Shown piece after piece: positions 12,432 to 24,147 of a stretch of DNA of 64,000 nucleotides (the stretch's first letter is position 1; every line of letters starts with the position of its first letter). The stretch spans positions 1,116,001 through 1,180,000 of the forward strand of contig NEEC01000019.1 of the NCBI GenBank assembly GCA_002189035.1. Direction: 5' to 3'. Source of the stretch: Utricularia gibba. Lineage: Eukaryota > Plantae > Magnoliophyta. Below the pieces are notes generated by a model, which made no database searches, was not told where the DNA came from, and saw only the letters and a program-made list of their open reading frames with translations. Made by a program: the position numbers and the translations under genes.

Positions 12432-14458
12432 GTCTCCGATTCTGTTGGCGCCTCAGGGAAAACCGTTTTTAATGACATATTTAAAGAATTTTGGCGCGTG
12501 TCAGCAAAACGGTCAATTTATTTGTCTTGGCCTCCAGGGGTAAAAACGTAAATCAACAGAAACTCTCGCTGCCTCACAGTAAGAAACCATACAACGGAGA
12601 CAGACGGACAGACCGTGTGACAATACATATTACATAATATATTTGAATAAATATATATTATATATATAATTACTTTTGATAAATACGTTTAGATTAACAA
12701 AAAAATAAATCAAACTTCGATTGTTTAATAAAATATATATTAAAAAACAAATAATTATCAATACACGTCTATTTATTGACATAAACAAATCTTACTTAAC
12801 ACGAGCTTAATGTTTCAAATTATTCTTTTGCTCGTATTATCGTTATAATAATCGTTTGAAACCCCAAGGTGTGAACTAAATAACACCATAAAGCAATTGC
12901 CACGACCCAATGAGCATCAACAATTTCTCCACGCATTTAAGTACCTATGCCGGATTTTCTCAAGACAAGTTTCCATATTTAGACCTCGAGACTCGAGTCT
13001 ATTAATGGAAAAAGCACCTTGTCCTCCGTTCTTTACCACTTTCAGTAAAAAAAAAGTAAAAACCTACGTACATCAACAAATTTACCCAAGTTGAAAGGTG
13101 AAAAAGTCGCAACAAATTCCTTTTTTTGGCCAATAAATGTTTTTTTTACCTTTTTTGATGGTAAAGTAAACTAAAAGTTCATGGTTCAAAAATCCATCAA
13201 ATATATTGATTATTAACATTTATAATTATTGGTAACTTATATAAATGAAGCGTTTTTTAAATAATTATTAAGATAAATGTTCAATTTATTTGAAGTGTTT
13301 GCGAATGGAATGGATTAGTAGTATTAGAATAAAATAATCCAACATCAATAAATTAAAGTGAAATTATTAAATATATAATGCCATTACTTTTCTCATATAC
13401 TTAACTTGTATTGGGCTTGTCCGATTTATTACATCCTTAATTTGAACAATTAGTAGTCGAGATTTAGTGGAGAGTTGTCATCTTTCATTGGGTATGAAAA
13501 GAATCCGAAATTTATAAGTTGAAATTAACTTTAGGGACATTTTCTCGTACCCTAATGCACAAAATATTTACTTTAAAAAAGAAAATAAAAATCCAGTACG
13601 CCAGAGTGTACCGAATCTTAGTCAACGTATTCTGCATCGTACATTTGGTCAAACGCAATGACGCATCAAATTCAAATAATCAAAGTTTAACGGCCACATT
13701 AAGTTACGTGCCACGTGTCTGCGACTGCGTCGTCCACGTCCCTGTTCAGCTGCCCCGGAACTTGGTCAAACGCAATCAAGCTTTAGCATCTAGCCTTCGG
13801 TTTGAATTCCTTCTGTTTGCTTCATGGAGGCACACGCTCAGCCACGTCTCATACCACACACCCTCTCGATATCTAAATTTATATTATTATAATTATTTTA
13901 ACATTTTGAGTGTCTATTAGTTCAAAATACATCCAATTTTATTGTCTTACGATACATCATCATTTTATATGTTATTGTCAGTTTTGAATATTCAATTCTT
14001 GTAATTTTACGTTTTATTGTTCCAGAATAAAGACCTCAAAATCATAAATTTGTTAAGATTTAATATCCAAATTGAACAATATCAGGTAAGAAAAATGTAA
14101 ATTATTACAACATATCATGGTAACATGAAAAGTATCTCGAAATTGGGATTGACTGTGAGGGGTCAAGCCAAGTAAGGAGCTTTTCATTGAATCGGGGCTG
14201 ACGCTGCTTCTCTGGTGTCCATGGGGTTTCAGACAAGTAGAGGTAGGGGGGCTTGTGTGGGCACAGCTGGGATTATGAATGATATATTGAATACTCGTGC
14301 GTGTTTGTTGATCATTTTCCATAGTTTCCATCACATTGGAAGCCATTTTGATCATCCAGGTGTGCTTCAAAGTTCAAACATGAAAATGAAAGGAGAACAG
14401 GGGGTGCTAAAAATGCTCTTTTTATGGGGAATAAGAGCAGAAAATCACCGCTTTGTTG

Positions 14459-16733
14459 CTATATCCTGCTGATGTCCCTGCCGAAGACCATGGTGGTAAG
14501 CCAGTTTACAGCAACGTAGAACCTGTTTCTCCAGCTGATCACACGTGTGAGGTAAGCAGAGCGCCATATGAACCAGCTCAGGAACCCCGCCATAGAGATC
14601 CCTTTCCCTTCCTGTTCATGCACGCACAAGGAAAAAACGCTCCAGATGCATAGGAACTCATAGCATTTGAAATGAATAAGGATGGCAAAAAACCTGACCT
14701 TGCTCTGCCTGAGGTCCACCAATGCCTTGTACCTCCCCAGGGTAGCCATGCTCCCTAGGTGCTTGTACACAAAAGGGTCTCCCAGAACAATGTCCTTTGC
14801 TGTGTTGGCATGTCCCCCACCTTCTTTGCCTAGATGGTTCAGTAGTTTAGCCAAGTACTTTCCCTGTCGTTCTGCCACCTGAAACGAGTGGTCTTCTGAT
14901 TCTCTTGTACAGATTGCTGGTGAGAGATTCGTGCAGCAGTGTGAATACCTGAGCCAGGGCTGGAAGTACAGGCTTCCCAGTGCTTTCCAGAAAACCGCTA
15001 CAATCACCAACGGCAAACACATCCTGGACCGATGGAACTTGTAACCATTCATCTATTCCGATCCTGTGAAAGTGCCATCTCATTCCTAAGTTGCTCTTCA
15101 GTAGACCTAAGTGGCGAGATGAATCACTCAGTCTGCAAATTACCTTCCTCCTGGTGATTTGGGAACGTCTAGGGAGTTCACGAATGGCGATGGGCCAACA
15201 CCAGTAGACCAGACCAGAAGTCCATAGGGAATGTCGGTATCATCACTCAGAACTATTTTTTCAGGTAGGACGTCCTTCACTATTCCACGAACAAGACGAA
15301 CTCCTGACTGAAGAAATTATGCATCAATCACAATGTATCCGAAATATGCAAGACTACAGCCACACTTACACATCAATGTAAATAATGAAGAGCAGCAGCA
15401 GACGAGAAGAATGAAAAGCAGGGGAGGTTGGGCCTCATATTCCACAAGAGATGATTCCCAACCTTGAGCAACTGCTTGACTGCATATTTCCGAAGACGAT
15501 TGTCGAATGATGATAGAATCTCATTTGCCTGCAAATGCAATAACCACACGCATGAAAAATGGAAATATGTGTATGAATGTAGGTAGGTTTCTTCAGGCGA
15601 ACCTCAACAAGAGTAACGTGAATATAATCCTTCACATGGGCATATCGTTTATGAACATCCTTTCGGATAAAGTCGCTAAGCTCGCCACTGAATTCAACAC
15701 CCGTTGGACCACCTCCAACAACAACACAGTGCAACAGTCTGCGCTTCTCCTCCTCAGAAATTCCTATTCCACCATCCATTTGGAACAATATATTGATCCC
15801 ACAAGGCAAAATACTCTGTTTCATCAGATCCAACAACCATAAAATTTCAGATACCTGGCACATCTGATAGCATCAGATTAAGCAGCAGCTTTCTCCTGAT
15901 TTCCTGGGCATGATGCACTTCACGAAGAAATATCGCGTGCTCGTTAGCACCCTTAATGCCGAATGTTGAAGCCTGAGCTCCAGAGGCAATAACTAGCTTA
16001 TCATATGCTACTTTAAAGCTCCAGGGATCGACAGTCTCAGCTCCTTCGGTAACTGTTTGGCAGAGGACCTACAAGAAATTCGCCCCCTGTCTCAGATGAT
16101 TGAGTATGGGCATTGCTCTATTGCTTGAGCAACAACGTTACCGGAAATTCATAAATTAAACCAGAATGCTCCAAAATTCCGATTTCAAAGATTAAACAGA
16201 ACCCAAAAAGACTTTCAAAATTTTCTCCTCTGCAAAAAGATAAGACCTTTAAACCTCAACAGAGAAAAAAATCAATGAGATTTCCACATATAAAACACCT
16301 GATGATTGTCGAAATCAACTCCATTACACTTGGCGAGAAAAAAATATGAACCGGGCACCCTCGAGATCACGGGTTGGATCTGGCTAATCGGCTCCGCCAC
16401 CGATCGGAACTCGAGAGTCCCAACACATGTTGACGCGAGTAGCGGAGTGAAAACCATATGGTTTCTGGGAGAAATGCAGACAACATCGTAAATCTTGGTG
16501 TCAATATCCTTGATCAGCCGGCATCCAGCCCATCCAGAACCCAGAACCACCAGCCGTGGTTTCTCGTCCCCCTTAGTCGGCGGCAGCCCAGATTTAAATT
16601 CGCCTGAAGCGGTGGTAAAACGCCGCAGTATTTGGGCCGCCGACGGTTGCCCAATCACCGACACTCTCTGCTCCCACCGCGACCGGGCAGCAGCGGCGGC
16701 GCACAAACGGCGAAAATTCTGCACCCAGGGCAT
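14459..16733 (-). CDS. NDA: Internal alternative NAD(P)H:ubiquinone oxidoreductase, NDA-type (copy B), 8 exons
   Basis: Exons 16733-16299, 16068-15855, 15763-15603, 15528-15463, 15307-15144, 15063-14949, 14878-14699, 14611-14459. Same motifs and intron positions as copy A; ends FGRDISRI. Reading frame intact. Confidence 0.96.
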
Positions 16734-17363
16734 TGGTCACGGCAAACCGAGTTCTCTCCTCCCCAGTTCTCTTGGCGGTTCATCTACAGCACTTTTTAAT
16801 ATTTTAATTAAAAGACATTTTCAACCTCGTAATCGGACACGTGTACTCCAAATATCATTAAGACCTATTTTTTAATGCCACACAATTCTTAGCTAATCAT
16901 CATCCATTAGAAACCATATTATGGTACTAACAAGGTATTAGATAATATATATATATATATAGAAGATTTATACTCAATTTTACATATACCGAAACATGCT
17001 TTTCAAAATATATTATATAAATTAATAATAAATACGATGAATTAATATATTTAATGATTATGAAATAGATAATTAATCTAGAATATGTATTATTAGATGT
17101 AAGTAACTATTTTATTTTTGAAAATAATAAAATAATAAATTTTAAATTAAATTAAAATTAGAAAAACTGTTTTTCAAAGCGGGGAGCGAATATCTCAACC
17201 GGAAATTCAAAAAAGAAGTCAAACAAGCTTTAAGATTATCCCTTTATTTCTACCACAATTTTAGAAATTCTTCACATGCAACGTGATAACCTAACGGTGC
17301 ACAATCCCCCCACCCTCATTTATCTACAACTCCGACCATCCACACCGGCCTGCATTTTCCGGG

Positions 17364-17813
17364 ATGGGGCTCAAGAAGATCTTCACCTCCGGGTGCGGCT
17401 GCCGGACCAAGAACCCTGATGTGTTTCAGCCCAAGCGCAACCCCAATCCCGAGGAGGGTCGACGCCGCCGCTCCTCGTCCTCCGCTGCCGCCAAGGATGA
17501 TGCTACTGCTGCTACTGTCACCAAGATCAAAGACAGCGTTGCGGTTGTGAAGGAATCCGACGACCCTTACCGAGATTTCCAGCAGTCGCTAGCTGAGATG
17601 ATCGTGGAGAAGGAGATATATGACGAGGATGGTCTCCGGGAGCTTCTCCGGCGGTTCTTGGAGCTGAATCCACGACACCATCATGGGGTGATAGTCCGAG
17701 CCTTTGAGGATATATGCCTCTTCGAACGATCCGAGGGAAGTAAAGGATCCGTTCTAAGCAGCTCTAGGGATGGGAGCTCTAGTTTTGTGTCGAGCAACAG
17801 GAATGGTGACTGA
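17364..17813 (+). CDS. OFP: OVATE family protein (short OFP, DUF623 domain), single exon
   Basis: VAVVKESDDPYRDF..S..EMI.EK.I.....LRELL..FL.LN...HHGVIVRAF..I is the OVATE domain; the N-terminal GCGCR motif is typical of short OFPs. Confidence 0.92.
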   Translation: MGLKKIFTSGCGCRTKNPDVFQPKRNPNPEEGRRRRSSSSAAAKDDATAATVTKIKDSVAVVKESDDPYRDFQQSLAEMIVEKEIYDEDGLRELLRRFLELNPRHHHGVIVRAFEDICLFERSEGSKGSVLSSSRDGSSSFVSSNRNGD

Positions 17814-18084
17814 GGTTTTTTCGTTTCCAGTTCAGATGAACTCCTCCTGTACTAAGTATTCTCATGTCTAGATTAAACGTGGGCACAAACACACATTATA
17901 ATATAACCTTTTTCATATGAAATCCCGTTGGTCTGATGCAATGTGACTCCCTTCCGAAATAACCATTAGAAGAACTCCAGAATCCCCTTTTACAAAGCGC
18001 AGTCACGTTCACTGTACAAATAACACTCGTATCCACAAACTTCTGTAACAAAACCAACAGTTCTTTTTTCGTTGTCTGGATTGG

Positions 18085-20607
18085 TCATGACTGATGGGCC
18101 CTGAGAACTGCTTGATAGACCATGTCAATGAACTGATTGTCCTGTTCATGCAAACAAGCAAGGGATCATAAGGTTCTAGTGAATTTCACGATTTCACCGG
18201 GCAAAAACTAAAGGAAAAAAAAGACTATGAACAGAGTATGATACGAGTAATGAAAACGATGAGCTGGTTGGTGAATGAAAACAGTGATTGGAGTTTAATG
18301 GGGTTTGGGGAAAAGAGTGCATACCTGTACAAGCATCTGAAGGGCTTCCCTGATCTTGTCTCTACTTATAACCGGGCCATAAATAGGTGCTGGAGCCGGA
18401 GTAAGTGAAGGTGGTGGTGTTGGAGGTGGAAATGGCTGAAGCAGCGGAGTTCCATATGGTCGTTGTCCATTCACGTTATGACTCAGAGGTGGGGCAGTGG
18501 GAATGGAGGAAGATATGGGTGGAATTATCAGTGGAGCAGTTGAAGGGGATGGTGCAAAAAAGGACGATGGTTTCACCAAATCAGAAGAACGCTTGATACC
18601 AACACCAGGTTCGGAAATGTCAAGAAGTGACAATAAAGGGTTAGGAGAAGGCATGCTTGAAGGCACCTGAGATACTGGCAAGAATGGCATAGAAACAACA
18701 GGTGGATCAACAGGAGCACTGCCTTGCGGAGGTTGATATGGCATTGCTACATTAGGACCACTTCCACTCTTCACAGCAGTATGTGCCGGAAGGGACGGTG
18801 CAGGAGATTGATATGTGTGTCTAGAGGTTGCACCAGGAGGATTCTCCACATTTACAGCAGACTGCATGCCACCGGCCACTTTAATTAACAAAAATCATCC
18901 AACAGGAATTTGGTTTCATGACTGAATCGGAAATTTAATGTAAATAATGTGTTTTAGGTCAGCAGAAATGACTGGATCCTACCTAACACAGTTGTACATA
19001 TATGCAATACACATGCTGAGACATGAAAGAAATTTCCTGCATCTGGTTAAAAAATACCGGCAACTGAGAAACTAGAATCATTCCTATCGTTTAATATAAG
19101 CATGCATTATGAATGCACAAGCCTATCACGGATAAAATAAGGATTACTTCCCTAAGAAAAGGAAACATCCTATTAGTCACTTTTTTCTTGAACAGACTAC
19201 ACACATTATGGATGCACATCCCATGGGCTCCTATATTTTACCATTTGATGATGCACACAACATTGAAATGAAGAAGATGCTGAGCAAAGAGGCATACACT
19301 GAAAAAATTTACAAATGCTCGGTCATCAGGAGTGATTGCATGGCCAGTGGACGAAGCAGATGATGGCTCCAGGGGCCATCTATAACTTCCATGGTAGGAA
19401 CAGCCTCAAGTTCTTCAAATTCGCTATATTAAACAAGGGACGGAGTCAATTGTAGTCTCTTACTGAAAATATTAGCCAACACTGTATATGCCCATCAACT
19501 AAAATAAGAGTTTGCATCTCGTATCATATACAAAAACATGGCAAGATCACAGCCAGGAAGGAATACGAGCAAGGCTTGTTGTTATATAATAATTATCAGT
19601 AACCATTTCATACCTAAGTGTGATTGCAGCACCAGAATAAGTATTTACCAATTTTATAGAACTGGAATAAAATAGCCTAAAAACGTACCTTCTAGAAGGA
19701 GAAATTTTTGTTTTCCCGGGAACCTTTGCATACGCATTAAGCAACCTAAAAACAAACAAGGCCAATGAATATGAACTGTTATAAACAACAAACAAACAGA
19801 GCAACGTGAACAATAGTGACTTGGTTTGGAAGATATGAAAACATGAAAAATAAAATTAAAGATGATACGAATGCTTAATTCTAAGTAACAAGATAAAGAG
19901 CCAATATCCACATACCTGGTAAACAAATTTGCTACCTCTTCACATTCATGTGCATTGTAGAACCAAATGCCATTTACCTCTTGAGAAGCATTTCGATATA
20001 ATAGATATGGAACCTGAACCTCAAACTCGAAATCTTCCAGGAGATTCTCCACCAAATTTTCTGCTCATAACAACGATCCAACATTCAAACAAAAGTGAGC
20101 AGTCAGGAGCATAAATTGAACATTTTGGGATCAAGAAGAATTTAATCAAGAACACCCTAACCAGATTACGTACTAACCAGTGCTGCGACGATTCATCACT
20201 ATGAACTGAAACCTCGGTTGGGCATTCCTGATAAAAATATAAAAATTCAAGAAAACTGCAAATTATCTAAAATGAAACAGAAAGACCGCAATCACATCAC
20301 CTCTTAACGACAAAAAGGGATCCCTCAACATCCTTCCTACTCTGCGAACGAAAATTCATCTCAAACATCAACAATAAAAAATAAACAGAAAATCAAGGCA
20401 ATTGACTCCGCCCGATGCTGTTTCCTCTGAGCTGAATCGTGAACTCACCCATTGGCTTGTATCGATGTTGAATTCATAAAAGGTGACATGAGCGGCGGTG
20501 ATGAGAATTTCCTCCACAAACGGATCAATACGCTGCAACACGGTCAAATTCAGCAACTTGGTGCTCTTTTCGTCCAAGTTGGGCGTCAATTTCCCGTTCT
20601 GAGCCAT
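18085..20607 (-). CDS. DCP1: mRNA decapping activator DCP1, 8 exons; apparent 1-nt deletion at 19372-19375
   Basis: Exons 20607-20449, 20341-20301, 20227-20178, 20060-19916, 19745-19689, 19424-19298, 18861-18325, 18141-18085. EVH1 domain (LNLTVLQRIDPF.EEILITAAHVTFYEF, SRKDVEGSLFVVKR, FQFIVMNRR, NGIWFY), EFEELEAVPT, YGTPLLQPFPPPTPPPSL, and a C-terminal ISRDKIREAL trimerisation segment. One extra C restores DGPLEPSS. Confidence 0.95.
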
Positions 20608-21483
20608 CCCTCAAAGCACTTTCTCAACTCTACGGCACTAGCGATCAATAAGCAAACCTTCAAGACCACAAAAACAGAGGGTACACACTGCAAACCCTCG
20701 GAAAGGATATGTATATGAGGTAGATGCCGAAGCCGTTTTTTCTTTCTTTTTTTTTTAATTTAACTAAATCAAGTTTTTTTTTAATTCACATTTTAATTGA
20801 AATCACAAACAGTGAAATTACACATACGCCCCAAGTTAATTAAAATATTTAACTAATAATATTTTCATTTTTATAATATAATTTCAAAAATGGTACGCTG
20901 TGAGGTTCCAAATGCAATACATGTGAACTATGCATCAAGATTCAGGTTTTAATGGTTGCTGAATCTTCCTAAACTGGGAAAGGAATTCCTTCCCCATTGA
21001 TGTGCATACATTCAGGGATCCATAGCTCCCTGGAGTTCATAGAATCACAACTGAGCAGGATCATGCCAGGGACACAGTGCAGTTAGGAGTTCTTACAGAA
21101 GTTCAGAATCCTGGCAGGAATGTTCTATTCTCCAGAAAATGCAACTGGGGAAACATCAGAATCGCCAAGGGAGGATTTAGCCGGAGTCTCATCACCATCA
21201 GATGTAGTTTGGATGAAAGGAAACCAACAAAAGCTTTGATCTTTTCCCCACATGGATTACTCAAATGTATGCTGCAGGAGTGAGTGTGTGCCATCAGCAA
21301 CGTTTGTGCATCCAAGTCAAGGAAAGCAGGCACCATTAGTAATGTAAAGAGGAGGTTTCAGTCAGACATTGAAGAGTTGAAATGGGAATCAACTCAAGCT
21401 GAGGTAGATCAAAGAATTTGGGTAGAGTTTAAGAAAGGCCTGAGAGCAACAAGATTGCTTTTTTTTTTTTTTGGAATGAATCG

Positions 21484-22116
21484 TCAATCAAGGAAGCCAG
21501 TCTTTCGCCAAATGGCATTGCGAACCTGCCGGAGATCGCGCCCTTTCAAGGTCCGCCCGGCGCCCACAAGGACGGAGCACGCTAACATTGGTGAATGCCG
21601 GGCTGCAACCATTTCGTGCGGCGGCAGCAGCGTTCCGTCCGTTTCATCGATCTCTTCGTCAGAAACGATTTCCTCCAAATCCCTTTGCCTCGCTTTCCTT
21701 GCTGCAGACAGAGGCACATTCACCGGCGCCGATTGGGGATGAAACCGACTCTTCTCGGCTTGCACCGGCGGCCGCTTCGGAATCATCACCACAGACGTCG
21801 CGCCGGATGCCGCCTTGTGGTTGAATACAGGCCGATTTTCGGATCCAGGTCGGGTCGAAATGCCTTCATTCAACGCGACCAAAATACCGGAATTTACACG
21901 GCAGTCGTGGCCGTTCGCGGCCGGCCGCAAAGAAACCTCTTGACTCCCCGAAGGGGAAGCGCTTTCCGAAGCCGTGGTGAATATTTCATGTTCAGATAAT
22001 TCCAGCGCGGGAGACGCCGAAGACGGACTCTCCTCGAATGCATTCAGAAACCTCCCGGCCGGCCGTGTTTGACGCCGTCTGCGAAATCCGCCGCCGCCGC
22101 CATCGAGTTGTTCCAT
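21484..22116 (-). CDS. Senescence regulator S40 family (DUF584), single exon
   Basis: 210-aa ORF with PQSAPVNVP, LLPPHEMV and C-terminal SV..GAGRTLKGRDLRQVRNAIWRKTGFLD. Confidence 0.93.
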   Translation of the reverse strand: MEQLDGGGGGFRRRRQTRPAGRFLNAFEESPSSASPALELSEHEIFTTASESASPSGSQEVSLRPAANGHDCRVNSGILVALNEGISTRPGSENRPVFNHKAASGATSVVMIPKRPPVQAEKSRFHPQSAPVNVPLSAARKARQRDLEEIVSDEEIDETDGTLLPPHEMVAARHSPMLACSVLVGAGRTLKGRDLRQVRNAIWRKTGFLD

Positions 22117-22542
22117 CAGGTATCGCGTGGTAGAGAGTCCCTGAGGTTTTCCTTTCTATATTTATATTGGAGTGTAGAATCCAGTGTAACGCAGCAAACT
22201 CGGCGCATAAAAACCGCGCTTCAAAGCGTTGTACCCTAATTGCTCTCCCACTCGCCTCGCAAAACGGTGTCGTTTAACCCTGTAGTAAGGACCTTCTAAT
22301 TTATTTAATAATATACTAGTAAATAATCATAGATAAACAGATAAATAAAATTCCTTTATGGAAATCTTTGTGAAGTGAGTAGATGGTTCTCAAATTGTTA
22401 TTTCAAGTTCATGGGAAGAAGTTCAGTTTGCAGCATTCACGTATGATGTAAAAAGCAGCGTCTGGGAATAAGAAGTTGAAGCTGTCACAAGTATGCTGAC
22501 ACCTTATTCTCATTGGAGTAGAAGAATTACCTAAGGCGTTGC

Positions 22543-23170
22543 TCAATCCTGAACCTCCTCTGCCTTTTTGGTGCTGGAGCGAAGATACCATCCAGCAGCA
22601 GCAGCGAGAGTAGCAATACCAGCTACAACTGCGTAGTTTTTGTACTTGTCGCTTGACACCTTTGAGGTTTCAACGCCTGGTTTTGTTGCATCAGCGTTTG
22701 TTCCTGTGCTGGATGCGGCTGCGGATGGAGTTTCATTGACTTGGGGTCCCTTGATACAAGAAGCCGAGATGGAAGCAGGGATCAAATTAAACAGAAAAAG
22801 CGATTGTAATCTTCTGTGACGGAAACCGAAATGCAATGTCATGTTCTGGGAAGCGAAGATGTTAAGTGTATAGTGTACCTTGCGAGCAAGCTTTTCCAAC
22901 TTCTCTTGTTCCATTTTCTGAAAAAATCAGTCAGAATGCATAGCCAGCTCAAATGTCTGTCTGCTCATTAAAGCTAAATTCACTAAATGAAAATCCAGGA
23001 TGTGTGCAAAAAAGAAATACAGCATGGACCAGGCATAAGGTTAACAATAAAGAAGATTTTGGATGCACCTTGATATAGACATTTTCAGCAGCCTTCTCCT
23101 CCTCACCGAGCACTTTGCCACCACTTGAAAGCCTGCGAGATATAAGCCTACTAGCAATCCTCGTCGCCAT
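22543..23170 (-). CDS. Small mitochondrial protein, At2g27730-like (plant complex I subunit P2 / IF1-like N-terminus), 3 coding exons
   Basis: Exons 23170-23069, 22917-22879, 22749-22543 give MATR..RLISRRLSSGGKVLGEEEKAAENVYIK|KMEQEKLEKLARK|G...SSDKYKNYAVVAG..T....GWYL...KKAEEVQD. A 5' UTR intron is likely (leader near 23880-23910). Confidence 0.88.
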
Positions 23171-24006
23171 GAGAACCAAATCCTACCAAAAAGTTTAAAC
23201 ATAACTTGAGATAAAGATAAGCATTTAGAAAAAATTCATCATCTATTTTTCCTTGGTTTAATGGATAGACCTACAAATTGCCTCAGTTTGTGTGTTCTCT
23301 GCATAGTTGACACTAGAAAGAGTAGTATATGCGAGTACAACTTATCACATACTTCTTAAATAAATCAGAAGACAGGACTCCTGAAGCATTGAAATAGCAT
23401 TAACTTCAAACATCAGAGGAAAAATGGGCAGAAAGCCTAAGTTTCCACATAGTTAAATGCAGAGAAAGACATTAGAATCAATAGGACTATTGTACAAAAA
23501 CCAGAGGTTACACACATCCCGATAACACCCGAAGAGTCAGCCATAGAGCATTCGCGAAACACACAAAAAAGTACCGAGTATTAACCAATAAGCATTTGCA
23601 CAAACACCAGAAAGCAAAAGGGCAGTAAATTACCCAACAAAGAACAATCATACCCAATAACCACGACCCCCTTAGGGTTTATGTTCAGCCAACACATGAA
23701 GACTAAATAGGAAAACGGCGAAAATTAAGGGACATGCACACCGAAAACCAGGAGAACCGATATACAATACCCGATCGGTAACCAGAAATGCTGAACACAA
23801 TCGAGCAGAGAAATGATATTGAAATTCAATTGGTTCAACAATTTCACTAACAAAACTCACACTACACGAAGACGGAATTGTAGCTACCGCCGCACCGGAG
23901 CAAATGGTCTAGAACTCCACGCTGCTTATAACGAAAGAAAGGAAATGCCGAGGAAGGAAATCGGGATCGAGTTACGATTTCCCTCACCCAAATCCAGTCT
24001 GAGTCC

Positions 24007-24147
24007 AGCCCAACTTCCTCCAAGAAAAAAAAAATGACTTCAGCCTAGCTTTATGACCCAATAAAGCTTTCTTGTTGAAAAAAAAAATGACTTCAGCCCA
24101 GTTTCACGACCCAATTAAGAGTACGTTGGAGATCGAAATTAAGCCCA
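24007..24147 (-). promoter_or_regulatory. Site II (TGGGCY) elements and a 53-bp tandem duplication in the P2-like promoter
   Basis: AGCCCA (reverse complement TGGGCT) at 24007, 24095 and 24142. The unit AAAAAAAATGACTTCAGCCYAGYTT.AYGACCCAAT occurs twice (atgacttcagc at 24034 and 24087). Site II motifs are established TCP-bound elements of nuclear OXPHOS genes. Confidence 0.6.

Noticed and set aside
204-20607. Calling HDA8 and DCP1 pseudogenes
   Set aside because: Each has a single homopolymer -1 with fully conserved, stop-free sequence downstream and intact splice sites; the pattern fits sequencing error.
21284-21999. Plus-strand ORFs of 134-152 aa opposite S40 (and similar ones opposite NDA, BAHD and H2B.8)
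   Set aside because: Antisense shadows of GC-rich coding sequence with no independent motifs.
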